A DNA stretch of 16,628 bases, taken from assembly GCA_039586365.1 (NCBI GenBank), contig JBDHKN010000123.1:1-16628 (forward strand), given 5' to 3'. Both the position numbers and the translations under genes were made by a program. Source of the DNA: Gemmatimonadota bacterium. GTDB lineage: Bacteria > Gemmatimonadota > Gemmatimonadetes > Gemmatimonadales > GWC2-71-9. Under the pieces are notes generated by a model. That model made no database searches. It had not been told where the DNA came from and was given only the letters and a program-made list of their open reading frames with translations. This document shows, piece by piece, positions 1 to 7,401 of this stretch (position 1 is the stretch's first letter; the number at the start of each line of letters is the position of its first letter).

Positions 1-441
1 AAACGAGCCTTTCTGCTCACCCTCCAAGCACGGGAACAGCACATCAAGCGGGAGCGGGCTACCTCGAATATCTGCTCCAATCAAGCTTTAGCCGCTTTGG
101 CAACGACGGTCTATCTGGCAACATTGGGAAGACAGGGGATTCGCGAAATCGCCGATCAGAATACGCAGAAGGCCCACTACCTCTACGGGAGACTCGTGAA
201 AGAGACTCCTGCTAAGCCTCTATTCGATCGGCCTTTCTTCAACGAATTCCCCATGGTGCTTCCCGAGAAAGCGGCCGAGGTACTGCTCCGGTTGGAGGGG
301 AAGGGATTTTTTGCCGGAGTGGATCTGCATCGGCTTGATCCGTCGATCCCAAACGGGGCGTTGGGTATCGCGGTCACTGAGAAAAGAACCCGTGAGGAGA
401 TGGACGCTTTCGTTGAAGCGCTGAAGGAGGTGATCCGGTGA
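1..441 (+). CDS. gcvPA: Glycine dehydrogenase (decarboxylating) subunit 1, GcvPA; 5'-truncated by the window edge
   Basis: Frame 1 is open from base 1 and reads [33 protein letters not shown], the GcvP signature. The C-terminal part has FFNEF and AVTEKRT. The stop overlaps the gcvPB start (GTGA at 438-441). Confidence 0.95.
   Translation, partial: KRAFLLTLQAREQHIKRERATSNICSNQALAALATTVYLATLGRQGIREIADQNTQKAHYLYGRLVKETPAKPLFDRPFFNEFPMVLPEKAAEVLLRLEGKGFFAGVDLHRLDPSIPNGALGIAVTEKRTREEMDAFVEALKEVIR
424..436 (+). promoter_or_regulatory. Very strong Shine-Dalgarno site for gcvPB
   Basis: AAGGAGGTGATCC is complementary to the conserved 16S rRNA 3' end. The AGGAGG core lies 7 nt before the GTG at 438. 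Confidence 0.8.
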
Positions 442-1934
442 GCGGGACAAACAATCCACTGATCTTCGAGTTGTCCAAACAGGGACGACGGGGATATCGA
501 TTACCCGACTTGGATGTTCCTCACCGGGAGTTGGCCTCTCTGGTGGATCCGCATCTGCTCCGGGAACAGGAACCGAGACTGCCGGAGGTGAGCGAGGTGG
601 ACGTGATCCGACACTACACGGCTTTGAGCCGCCGCAACTACGGTGTGGACCTGGGTTTCTACCCCTTGGGGTCCTGCACGATGAAGTACAACCCCAAGAT
701 CAATGAACAGGTGGCCGCCTTTGAATCTTTTGTTCATCTCCACCCTCTACAGCCGGAAGGGAGTGTTCAGGGAATTTTGGCCCTGATGCACGAGCTCCTG
801 GTTGGACTGTGCGAGGTCACCGGTATGTCCTGGGGTACCCTGCAGCCCTTTGCCGGAGCGCATGGTGAGTTTACGGGGATGAAGCTCTTCAAGGCCTGCT
901 TCGAGAAGCGGGGAGAGACAGGTCGAACCAAGGTGTTGGTTCCGGACTCGGCCCACGGCACCAATCCCGCCTCCGCCCACCTGGCGGGCTTCGACGTTGT
1001 GGAGATTCGCTCCGACAGTAGGGGCCTGATCTCCCTGGAAAGTGTGAAGGATCATCTCGATCAGTCATTGGCCGGCATCATGCTGACCAATCCCAACACC
1101 CTCGGATTGTTCGAAGAGGACATCTTGGAGATTTCCGCGGCAATCCATCGGGCAGGCGGGCTCCTATATTACGATGGCGCCAATCTCAATGCCATCGTGG
1201 GTAAGGTGCGGCCCGGGGACATGGGCTTCGATGTGGTGCATCTCAATCTGCACAAGACCTTTTCCACGCCCCACGGGGGAGGGGGACCCGGCGCGGGACC
1301 GGTGTTGGTCTCCGATACGCTTCTGCCTTTCCTGCCCGTACCCGATGTTGTCAAACGGGATGAGGGATATCGTCTGGAAAACAACCGACCCGACACCATC
1401 GGCCGCCTCTCCGGCTTCTACGGCAACGTCGCGGTGATGGTCAGGGCCTACGCCTATCTTCTCACCATGGGCCGTGACGGCCTGGCCCGGGTGGGTGAGC
1501 TGGCCGTGTTGAACGCCAACTACCTCAGGGAGCGCCTGAAGAGAAGCTTCGCCCTTCCCCACGATAGGACCTGCAAGCACGAGTTCGTTCTTTCGGCACG
1601 GCCGCTGAAGGAACGGTTTGGAGTCACCGCTCTGGATGTGGCGAAACGTCTGCTAGACTTCGGTATACACCCGCCCACCGTATACTTTCCCCTGATCGTG
1701 CCGGAGGCGCTGATGATCGAGCCCACCGAAACCGAAAGCCTCGAGGTTCTGGACCGATTCGTCGAGGTGATGGAAACGATTCTCCAAGAAGCCAAGGAGA
1801 ATCCGGATGTCCTCAAACTGGCGCCCAGTCGTACGCCGGTAGGCCGTATCGATGAGGTTCTGGCCGCCCGCAACCCGGTTGTTCGCTGGCATCCGGAGAC
1901 CGGGGAATCCTCCGAACCCGGGGTACAATCATGA
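438..1934 (+). CDS. gcvPB: Glycine dehydrogenase (decarboxylating) subunit 2, GcvPB (498 aa)
   Basis: Motifs [56 protein letters not shown], the PLP-lysine motif [17 protein letters not shown], and [24 protein letters not shown]. Confidence 0.97.
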   Translation: MSGTNNPLIFELSKQGRRGYRLPDLDVPHRELASLVDPHLLREQEPRLPEVSEVDVIRHYTALSRRNYGVDLGFYPLGSCTMKYNPKINEQVAAFESFVHLHPLQPEGSVQGILALMHELLVGLCEVTGMSWGTLQPFAGAHGEFTGMKLFKACFEKRGETGRTKVLVPDSAHGTNPASAHLAGFDVVEIRSDSRGLISLESVKDHLDQSLAGIMLTNPNTLGLFEEDILEISAAIHRAGGLLYYDGANLNAIVGKVRPGDMGFDVVHLNLHKTFSTPHGGGGPGAGPVLVSDTLLPFLPVPDVVKRDEGYRLENNRPDTIGRLSGFYGNVAVMVRAYAYLLTMGRDGLARVGELAVLNANYLRERLKRSFALPHDRTCKHEFVLSARPLKERFGVTALDVAKRLLDFGIHPPTVYFPLIVPEALMIEPTETESLEVLDRFVEVMETILQEAKENPDVLKLAPSRTPVGRIDEVLAARNPVVRWHPETGESSEPGVQS

Positions 1935-3001
1935 TGCGTACCCCACTATACGAAAAACACCTGAGTTTAGGTGCCCGAATGGTCGAGTTTGCCGGGTGGG
2001 AGATGCCGGTACAGTACCCGACAGGGATTGTGGAGGAGCACCTCCGTGCTCGACGGGGTGCCGGATTGTTCGATATCTCCCACATGGGTCGTTTTCTCGT
2101 TTCCGGGCGGGACAGCCTGCCTTTTTTGCAGCACGCTCTGACCAACAATGCCGCCGCCCTGGAGCCGGGAAAGGCCCAGTACACGATGATTCCCAATGAG
2201 GGGGGCGGCGCCATAGATGACGCCTACCTGTACTGCCTGAACGCCCTGGAGTACCTGCTGGTGGTAAACGCGGCGAATCGGGACAAGGACTGGGAGCATC
2301 TGCAGTCGATACGCTCCGGCTACGCCGGGTTGGAGTTGGAGGACCGAACCGCCGATTTGGCTATGATCTCCCTCCAAGGTCCTGAGTCACGTCATATTAT
2401 GATCTCCTGTCTTGGGGAGGAGGCTCTTCCCGAGCCCGGTCGCAACAACCTGACCGCAATCTCAAGCCTGGGCTCGACACTTACCGTTGCCCGCACCGGG
2501 TACGCGGGAGAACCCCTGGGCTTCGAGCTCTTCGTGCCTGAACAATCCCTAGACAGGGTGTGGGACGATTTCTTGGCCGCAGGAGCAGCGCCGATCGGCC
2601 TCGGCGCCCGGGATACGCTGCGCCTCGAGGCCGGTCTTCCCCTCTACGGGCATGAACTGGGCATCGATCCGGAAAACGAGGAGATCCCTATCTTTGCCTG
2701 TCCTTTGGCCCGCTTTGCCGTGAGCTTCAGCCCCTTGAAGAAACAATTCATCGGCAGGCATCCGTTGCAGGATCAATTTGCAGTTTACAGGAAAATCGTT
2801 AAGCGGGATTATTCGAACCTGCAGTCACTGCCGCGCATCGTGGGACTCTTCGAAGGAAGTGCAGGACAAGGGGATCGCCCGTCAGGGCGCAGGAGTCTTC
2901 GTAGAGGATCGGCAAGTCGGCTGGGTAACCAGCGGCACCATGGCCCCGTATTGGATTTTCGAAGGAGAAGGTCTGTGCAGTACTCTGACCGATCGGAGTG
3001 A
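1931..3001 (+). CDS. gcvT: Aminomethyltransferase GcvT, N-terminal part: 308 native residues plus 48 out-of-frame residues as sequenced
   Basis: Motifs [75 protein letters not shown] and [21 protein letters not shown]. The ATGA at 1931-1934 overlaps the gcvPB stop. Confidence 0.9.
   Translation: MMRTPLYEKHLSLGARMVEFAGWEMPVQYPTGIVEEHLRARRGAGLFDISHMGRFLVSGRDSLPFLQHALTNNAAALEPGKAQYTMIPNEGGGAIDDAYLYCLNALEYLLVVNAANRDKDWEHLQSIRSGYAGLELEDRTADLAMISLQGPESRHIMISCLGEEALPEPGRNNLTAISSLGSTLTVARTGYAGEPLGFELFVPEQSLDRVWDDFLAAGAAPIGLGARDTLRLEAGLPLYGHELGIDPENEEIPIFACPLARFAVSFSPLKKQFIGRHPLQDQFAVYRKIVKRDYSNLQSLPRIVGLFEGSAGQGDRPSGRRSLRRGSASRLGNQRHHGPVLDFRRRRSVQYSDRSE
2852..2859 (+). repeat. 4-bp tandem duplication GAAG-GAAG at the frameshift point
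   Basis: The sequence reads TTC GAAG GAAG TGCAG. Deleting one unit gives TTC GAA GTG CAG GAC AAG GGG ATC GCC (F-E-V-Q-D-K-G-I-A). Confidence 0.8.
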
Positions 3002-4577
3002 CCGGAGAGCCATCGGCATGGCTCTGTTGGACGCAGCTATCGAAGCGGAAACAGAGATCGAGATCGACGTCAGGGGAAAACGTCTCAAAGCTTTGACCGT
3101 TCCTTACTTGCTGCGGTCGGAAGCCCCTCCCTACGCCCGGCCGGTTCCTTGGGGGCAGGGTGAAGAGGTACCCGAGATGGCTGGACCGTCCCTCAAATTT
3201 CCGGAGAAGGTACAAGAGCTGCTGCGGAGATGCATTGACAATACACAGTGGCGGCAGCAACGGTGCATCAATCTGATCCCTTCGGAAATGACCCATTCGC
3301 CACTGTCCAGGCTGCTGTCGATCATGGATCCTTCCTTCCGCTACGGCGAGCACAGAAAGATCAAGGCATTCAAAGACGCCGAGGTGTTTTACTATCAGGG
3401 CACCGGTTTCATCGACGAGGTGGAGCGGTCCCTGGTCGAGGAGCTGCGAAGCTACTTGGGCTGTCGAGAAGTCGAAACCCGTGTGGTAAGCGGCCAGATG
3501 GCCAATATGGCCCTGTTCAGTGCCCTGGTGGATTACCTGAATCGGGACGATCGCAGGAGCGAACCCCGGCGGATTCGCTCGATCATGAACAACCATATAA
3601 TTAGAGGCGGTCATCTCAGTGCCCAGCCGATGGGGGCTTTGAGGGATTTTGTGGCCCGGGACCCGGCCAGGGAAGCTCCAGCGGTCATCAACTTTCCCGT
3701 CTGTGAGTCCGATCCGTACAGGATAGATACAGCCCGGCTGCACGGGCTCCTTGAACAACACCGACCCGAATTGATCATCCTGGGCAAGAGCATGATTTTG
3801 TACCGGGAACCGGTCCAGGAGATAAAACGGATCGTGGAACAGCTGTCCCTCGACACGGTGGTCATGTACGACATGGCCCATGTGCTGGGTCTGGTGGGGC
3901 CCCATTTCCAGGAACCCTTCGTTGAAGGGGCTGATATCGTTACCGGGTCGACCCACAAGACCTTCTTTGGCACCCAGCGGGGAATCCTGGCAGCGGATTG
4001 GGTGGAGGAAGACCCACGCTATGGGTTTTGGGAATCGATCCAGCGGCGCACCTTCCCCGGCAGTGTGAGCAACCATCATCTAGGTACGCTGCTCGGTCTG
4101 CTTATGGCGGCCTATGAGATGAACGCCTTCAAAGGAGACTATCAGAAGGCAGTGATCGGTAATGCCAAGAGATTTGCCCGGGCTCTGAAGGATGCGGGGC
4201 TGACCGTTGCTGGAGATCCTCAACTGGGACATACAGAAACTCACCAGGTGGTTGTAGAGATCGGCTACTGTCAGGGTGTGGAGGCAGCCCGCCGGTTGGA
4301 GGAGAACAATATCATCGTCAACTTCCAGGCCTCTCCCCGCGAGGAGGGTTTCACCGCATCCGGAGCCCTGCGTATGGGGGTGTCGGAGATGACCCGATTC
4401 GGTATGGAGCCGGAGGATTTCCAAACCCTGGCGGGGCTGATCAGGGATGCGGTTGTCGACGGAAAATCTGTCCGGGATGAGATCGTTCGACTGCGAAACC
4501 GCTTTCTGGATCTGCGCTACTGTTTCTCCGATGCACAGCTCGATGGTCAGGTCGAGCGGCTGCACGAGTTGATCTGA
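2856..4577 (+). CDS. glyA: GcvT C-terminal domain plus serine hydroxymethyltransferase domain; SHMT proper starts at about 3177-3240 (ORF track 2778..4577)
   Basis: Motifs INLIPSE, RYGEH..FYYQGT, SGQMAN, GGHLS, YDMAHVLGLV, the PLP-lysine motif GSTHKTFFGTQRG (Lys at 3957-3959), FPGSVSNHH, TETHQV and LRMGVSEMTRFGM. Confidence 0.9.
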   Translation, partial: EVQDKGIARQGAGVFVEDRQVGWVTSGTMAPYWIFEGEGLCSTLTDRSDRRAIGMALLDAAIEAETEIEIDVRGKRLKALTVPYLLRSEAPPYARPVPWGQGEEVPEMAGPSLKFPEKVQELLRRCIDNTQWRQQRCINLIPSEMTHSPLSRLLSIMDPSFRYGEHRKIKAFKDAEVFYYQGTGFIDEVERSLVEELRSYLGCREVETRVVSGQMANMALFSALVDYLNRDDRRSEPRRIRSIMNNHIIRGGHLSAQPMGALRDFVARDPAREAPAVINFPVCESDPYRIDTARLHGLLEQHRPELIILGKSMILYREPVQEIKRIVEQLSLDTVVMYDMAHVLGLVGPHFQEPFVEGADIVTGSTHKTFFGTQRGILAADWVEEDPRYGFWESIQRRTFPGSVSNHHLGTLLGLLMAAYEMNAFKGDYQKAVIGNAKRFARALKDAGLTVAGDPQLGHTETHQVVVEIGYCQGVEAARRLEENNIIVNFQASPREEGFTASGALRMGVSEMTRFGMEPEDFQTLAGLIRDAVVDGKSVRDEIVRLRNRFLDLRYCFSDAQLDGQVERLHELI

Positions 4578-4670
4578 AAATCCTGTCTATCGAAGAAGCC
4601 GGGAGCGAAGACCTTACAGAGATTCTTCGTCCGCAAAATATGGAAAGGTACGATCGAAGGAACGAAGGTC

Positions 4671-5423
4671 ATGAGTAAAAAAATTCCGTGGCACGAACAG
4701 GATTCTTTCTGGAAAGAAACGCTGCCGGTGCTTTTTCCGGAGAGCCGCGTACAGGAGGCCGCGCTGGAAGTTGAGCAGTTCCTCGCTCTGACCGGGCTCC
4801 CTCCCGGTGGTGCGGTTCTCGATCTCTGCTGCGGGATCGGCCGGCATTCGCTACAGCTGGCCCGGAAGGGTTTCCAGGTGACCGGAGTGGATCGAACCCA
4901 AGCCTATTTGGATAGAGCCGCCGGGGCGGCCAGACGGGAAAAGGTCCGTATCGAGCTTGTACGCGAGGATATGAGGAAATTTCGCAGACCAGAGAGCTTC
5001 AACGCAGTGATCAATCTGTTTACATCCTTCGGCTATTTCGAGGATCAAAAGGATGACCGCACGGTAATTGGCAATATCTATGCCTCTCTGCGATCTGGTG
5101 GTGTGCTCGTCATGCAGCTGATGGGGAAGGAAGTGCTGGCTCGTATCTTCCGTCCGAGGGACTGGTACGAGCAGGATGGCATACTGGTGTTGGAGGAGAG
5201 GAAAGTCACGCAGCATTGGTCCTGGGTTGAGAGCCGTTGGATCCTGATCTCTGGACAGAGTCGAATCGTTCTTGATCTGTCCCACCGGTTATACTCGGCT
5301 GCGGAGCTGTCTTGGTTGTTGCGGGATTGCGGATTCGAGCGGGTAGCTGCGTTTGGTGACCTGGGAGGTGCTCCCTATGACGAGCGAGCTAACCGACTGG
5401 TGTTGGTCGCTAGAAAAACTTGA
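4671..5423 (+). CDS. Class I SAM-dependent methyltransferase (250 aa), substrate unknown
   Basis: Motif I VLDLCCGIGRH, then VTGVD, EDMR, FNAVINLFTSFGYF and LRSGGVLV. A purine-rich SD-like stretch precedes the ATG. Confidence 0.9.
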   Translation: MSKKIPWHEQDSFWKETLPVLFPESRVQEAALEVEQFLALTGLPPGGAVLDLCCGIGRHSLQLARKGFQVTGVDRTQAYLDRAAGAARREKVRIELVREDMRKFRRPESFNAVINLFTSFGYFEDQKDDRTVIGNIYASLRSGGVLVMQLMGKEVLARIFRPRDWYEQDGILVLEERKVTQHWSWVESRWILISGQSRIVLDLSHRLYSAAELSWLLRDCGFERVAAFGDLGGAPYDERANRLVLVARKT

Positions 5424-5434
5424 TCCGACGAATT

Positions 5435-5470
5435 TTCAGCTTCGCTGGGAATCCGGCGATCGTGGCTGAA
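5435..5470. terminator. Possible stem-loop between convergent transcription units
   Basis: Outer arms TTCAGC (5435-5440) and GCTGAA (5465-5470) enclose TCGCTGG-GAAT-CCGGCGA (7 bp with one G-U pair). There is no U-tract on either strand. Confidence 0.3.
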
Positions 5471-5525
5471 TCATGGCCGCAGTTATACCGGAGGGTGCGT
5501 TTCAAACAGGAATTGAAGTCAGGGT

Positions 5526-5912
5526 TCAGATGAGAAACGAAGACACAGTCTCAAGCAATTCCCCTGCGCTGAAAGGTTTCAGGATAAGACCGGAGGCTCC
5601 CGATTGGTGCATCTGTCGGTCATCCTCGGGAATCGAGCCGGCGCTCAGTATAACGATCGGAATGCTCGCCGTTTCAGAGTCGGTTTTAAGAACCTCGGTA
5701 GCCTCCAGCCCATTCATTCCCGGCAGCTGTAGGTCCATCAAAATCAGATCGGGTCTATGAAGCCGGGTGAGTTCGAGGGCTTTTTCCGCGTCTCCCGCCT
5801 CAATTATCCGGATCTTTTTCAGATCCAGGATCGTACGTATTAGCTTCCGGTTCAGAGGTGAATCATCGACCACCAGAACCGTTTTGCCGTCCATCGATCC
5901 GTTTTCTTTCAC
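5526..5912 (-). CDS. Single-domain response regulator (CheY/DivK-like receiver)
   Basis: VLVVDD acidic pocket, PDLILMDLQLPGMNG with the phospho-acceptor Asp, IPIVILSA switch and KPF. AAGGA lies 6 nt before the GTG at 5912. An alternative ATG start is at 5894. Confidence 0.92.
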   Translation of the reverse strand: MKENGSMDGKTVLVVDDSPLNRKLIRTILDLKKIRIIEAGDAEKALELTRLHRPDLILMDLQLPGMNGLEATEVLKTDSETASIPIVILSAGSIPEDDRQMHQSGASGLILKPFSAGELLETVSSFLI

Positions 5913-5931
5913 CCCGTGTCCTTACACGCCT

Positions 5932-7389
5932 TCAACTGACCAGATCTTCGAGCTCGTCCACTATACGGTGATCGAGTTTTCCGGCTTCCACTTCTTCCCG
6001 CAGAATCCCGAGTGCCTGTTCCTTCCGCATCGCTTTTCGGTAGGGCCGTTCGGTTACCAGGGCATCGTAGATGTCCACGACACACATGATCCGGGCTGCC
6101 AGGGATATCTCACCCCCTTTTAGACCGTCGGGGTAGGAAGAGCCGTCCAGTTTCTCATGATGGTGCCGTACTACATCCAGGGCGAGACCTAGGGTGGCTT
6201 TCAGCGGAAGGCAGATACGATAGCCGATATCCGGATGATTTTTCATCACGTCCCACTCTTCATCTTCCAATTTTCCCGGTTTGTTGAGGATCTCCTCGGA
6301 AATGCCGATTTTGCCGACATCGTGGAGGATGCCCCCCAGCCGTAGGGCGAAGACCTCTTTCTCACTCATCTGAAGTCTCTTGCCTAGGGCAACAGCCAAG
6401 TTGGCCACCCGTTGGGTATGTCCCAACGTATAGTTGTCCTTCGCCTCCACGGCGCTGGCCAGAGAGAACAGTGCGTTTTCCACGCTGACCAGTTTCTTGT
6501 TCAGCTCTCGGACCCGCACCAAAGCGCGGGTTCGGGCAAGAAGCTCTTCACGATTGGCAGGCTTGGTAATAAAATCATCGGCTCCGGCCTCGATCCCTCG
6601 CACCTTGGCCTGCAGATCATCCAGAGCTGTGATCAGTATAACGGGCACGAAGCGAGTATTGTCCCGTGCCTTGATGCGTTTGCATACTTCATAGCCGTCG
6701 AGCCCTGGCATCATGATATCGAGAAGCATCAGATCGATCCGGGTGTTGCCGAGTAGGGTTAATGCCTCTTCGCCGCTGTAGGCCTTCAACACCTCGTAGC
6801 CCTGGGGAAGCAGGTACCCTTCGAGGAGTTTGACGTTGCGGCGGTCGTCGTCCACAACGAGGACACACGGTTTTTCCTCCCCGTGCTCTGCGGACGGACG
6901 GGTGAAGTAGAATAACCCGTTGTTTCCTCTACTCTTTGCCTGCTCCAGGGCGGACATGACTTTTCGAAGAAGCCCTTCTCTGTCCGGAGCATCAACGGGG
7001 AAGGAAGCCATTCCCACACTGAGTGTAATCTCTCCGGAGAAGCGCTTTTCAACAGCCCGGCGAATACGGTCCCCGGCCACCTGTGCAACTTCAGCCGAAG
7101 TTTTCAGTAGCAGAAGGGAGAAGAGGTTTTGGCCGCAGCGGCAGGCCAGATCGACTTCCCGGATATTTGTCTCCAAGAGATTGCCGATCTCTCGCAGGTT
7201 TTCATCGTCATCCGTGAACGCGTCCAGTTGGAGAAAGGCAAGTGTGAAGGGATCACCGCTTCGTTCCGAACGCAGGAGCTCCCTGTCCAACTCAAGAAGG
7301 AAGAGGTCGGTTTCGAACAAATGGGTAACCCGATCACGGAAATTCTCTCCCGGTTTCGGCTTTGAGATCCACTCCTGACTATGCTGCAT
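5932..7389 (-). CDS. Degenerate GGDEF - REC - HD-GYP protein, a putative c-di-GMP phosphodiesterase response regulator (485 aa)
   Basis: N-terminal GGDEF-like fold ([32 protein letters not shown]). REC domain ([25 protein letters not shown]). HD-GYP domain ([49 protein letters not shown]). SD GAGGAG upstream. Confidence 0.9.
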   Translation of the reverse strand: MQHSQEWISKPKPGENFRDRVTHLFETDLFLLELDRELLRSERSGDPFTLAFLQLDAFTDDDENLREIGNLLETNIREVDLACRCGQNLFSLLLLKTSAEVAQVAGDRIRRAVEKRFSGEITLSVGMASFPVDAPDREGLLRKVMSALEQAKSRGNNGLFYFTRPSAEHGEEKPCVLVVDDDRRNVKLLEGYLLPQGYEVLKAYSGEEALTLLGNTRIDLMLLDIMMPGLDGYEVCKRIKARDNTRFVPVILITALDDLQAKVRGIEAGADDFITKPANREELLARTRALVRVRELNKKLVSVENALFSLASAVEAKDNYTLGHTQRVANLAVALGKRLQMSEKEVFALRLGGILHDVGKIGISEEILNKPGKLEDEEWDVMKNHPDIGYRICLPLKATLGLALDVVRHHHEKLDGSSYPDGLKGGEISLAARIMCVVDIYDALVTERPYRKAMRKEQALGILREEVEAGKLDHRIVDELEDLVS

Positions 7390-7401
7390 GGGTTGCTCTC
7401 C

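Larger units (their letters stand above)
1931..4577 (+). pseudogene. gcvT-glyA: GcvT-SHMT fusion gene (about 880 aa if repaired), interrupted by a frameshift at 2852-2859 that is either a real lesion or a sequence error
   Basis: GcvT similarity runs to ...LPRIVGLFE in the frame of ORF 1931 and continues as [11 protein letters not shown]...VGWVTSGT...IEIDVRGKRLKA (GcvT C-terminal domain) in the frame of ORF 2778. That frame then runs without a stop into an SHMT domain. Removing one GAAG copy joins the two frames. Confidence 0.85.

Noticed and set aside
2778..2855. TTG start at 2778 as the true start of a separate 599-aa gene
   Set aside because: The first 26 residues have no GcvT similarity and there is no SD. 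Similarity in this frame begins only at the duplication.
2799..4079. 426-aa antisense ORF, and its 161-aa continuation at 4080-4565
   Set aside because: It is an antisense shadow of the SHMT frame with no recognisable motifs. Such ORFs are common opposite GC-rich genes.
4578..4670. Recurrent CGAAG words in the glyA-methyltransferase spacer, considered as a riboswitch or operator
   Set aside because: Spacing is irregular, the words are short, and I cannot fit a glycine, SAM, THF or ZTP riboswitch consensus.
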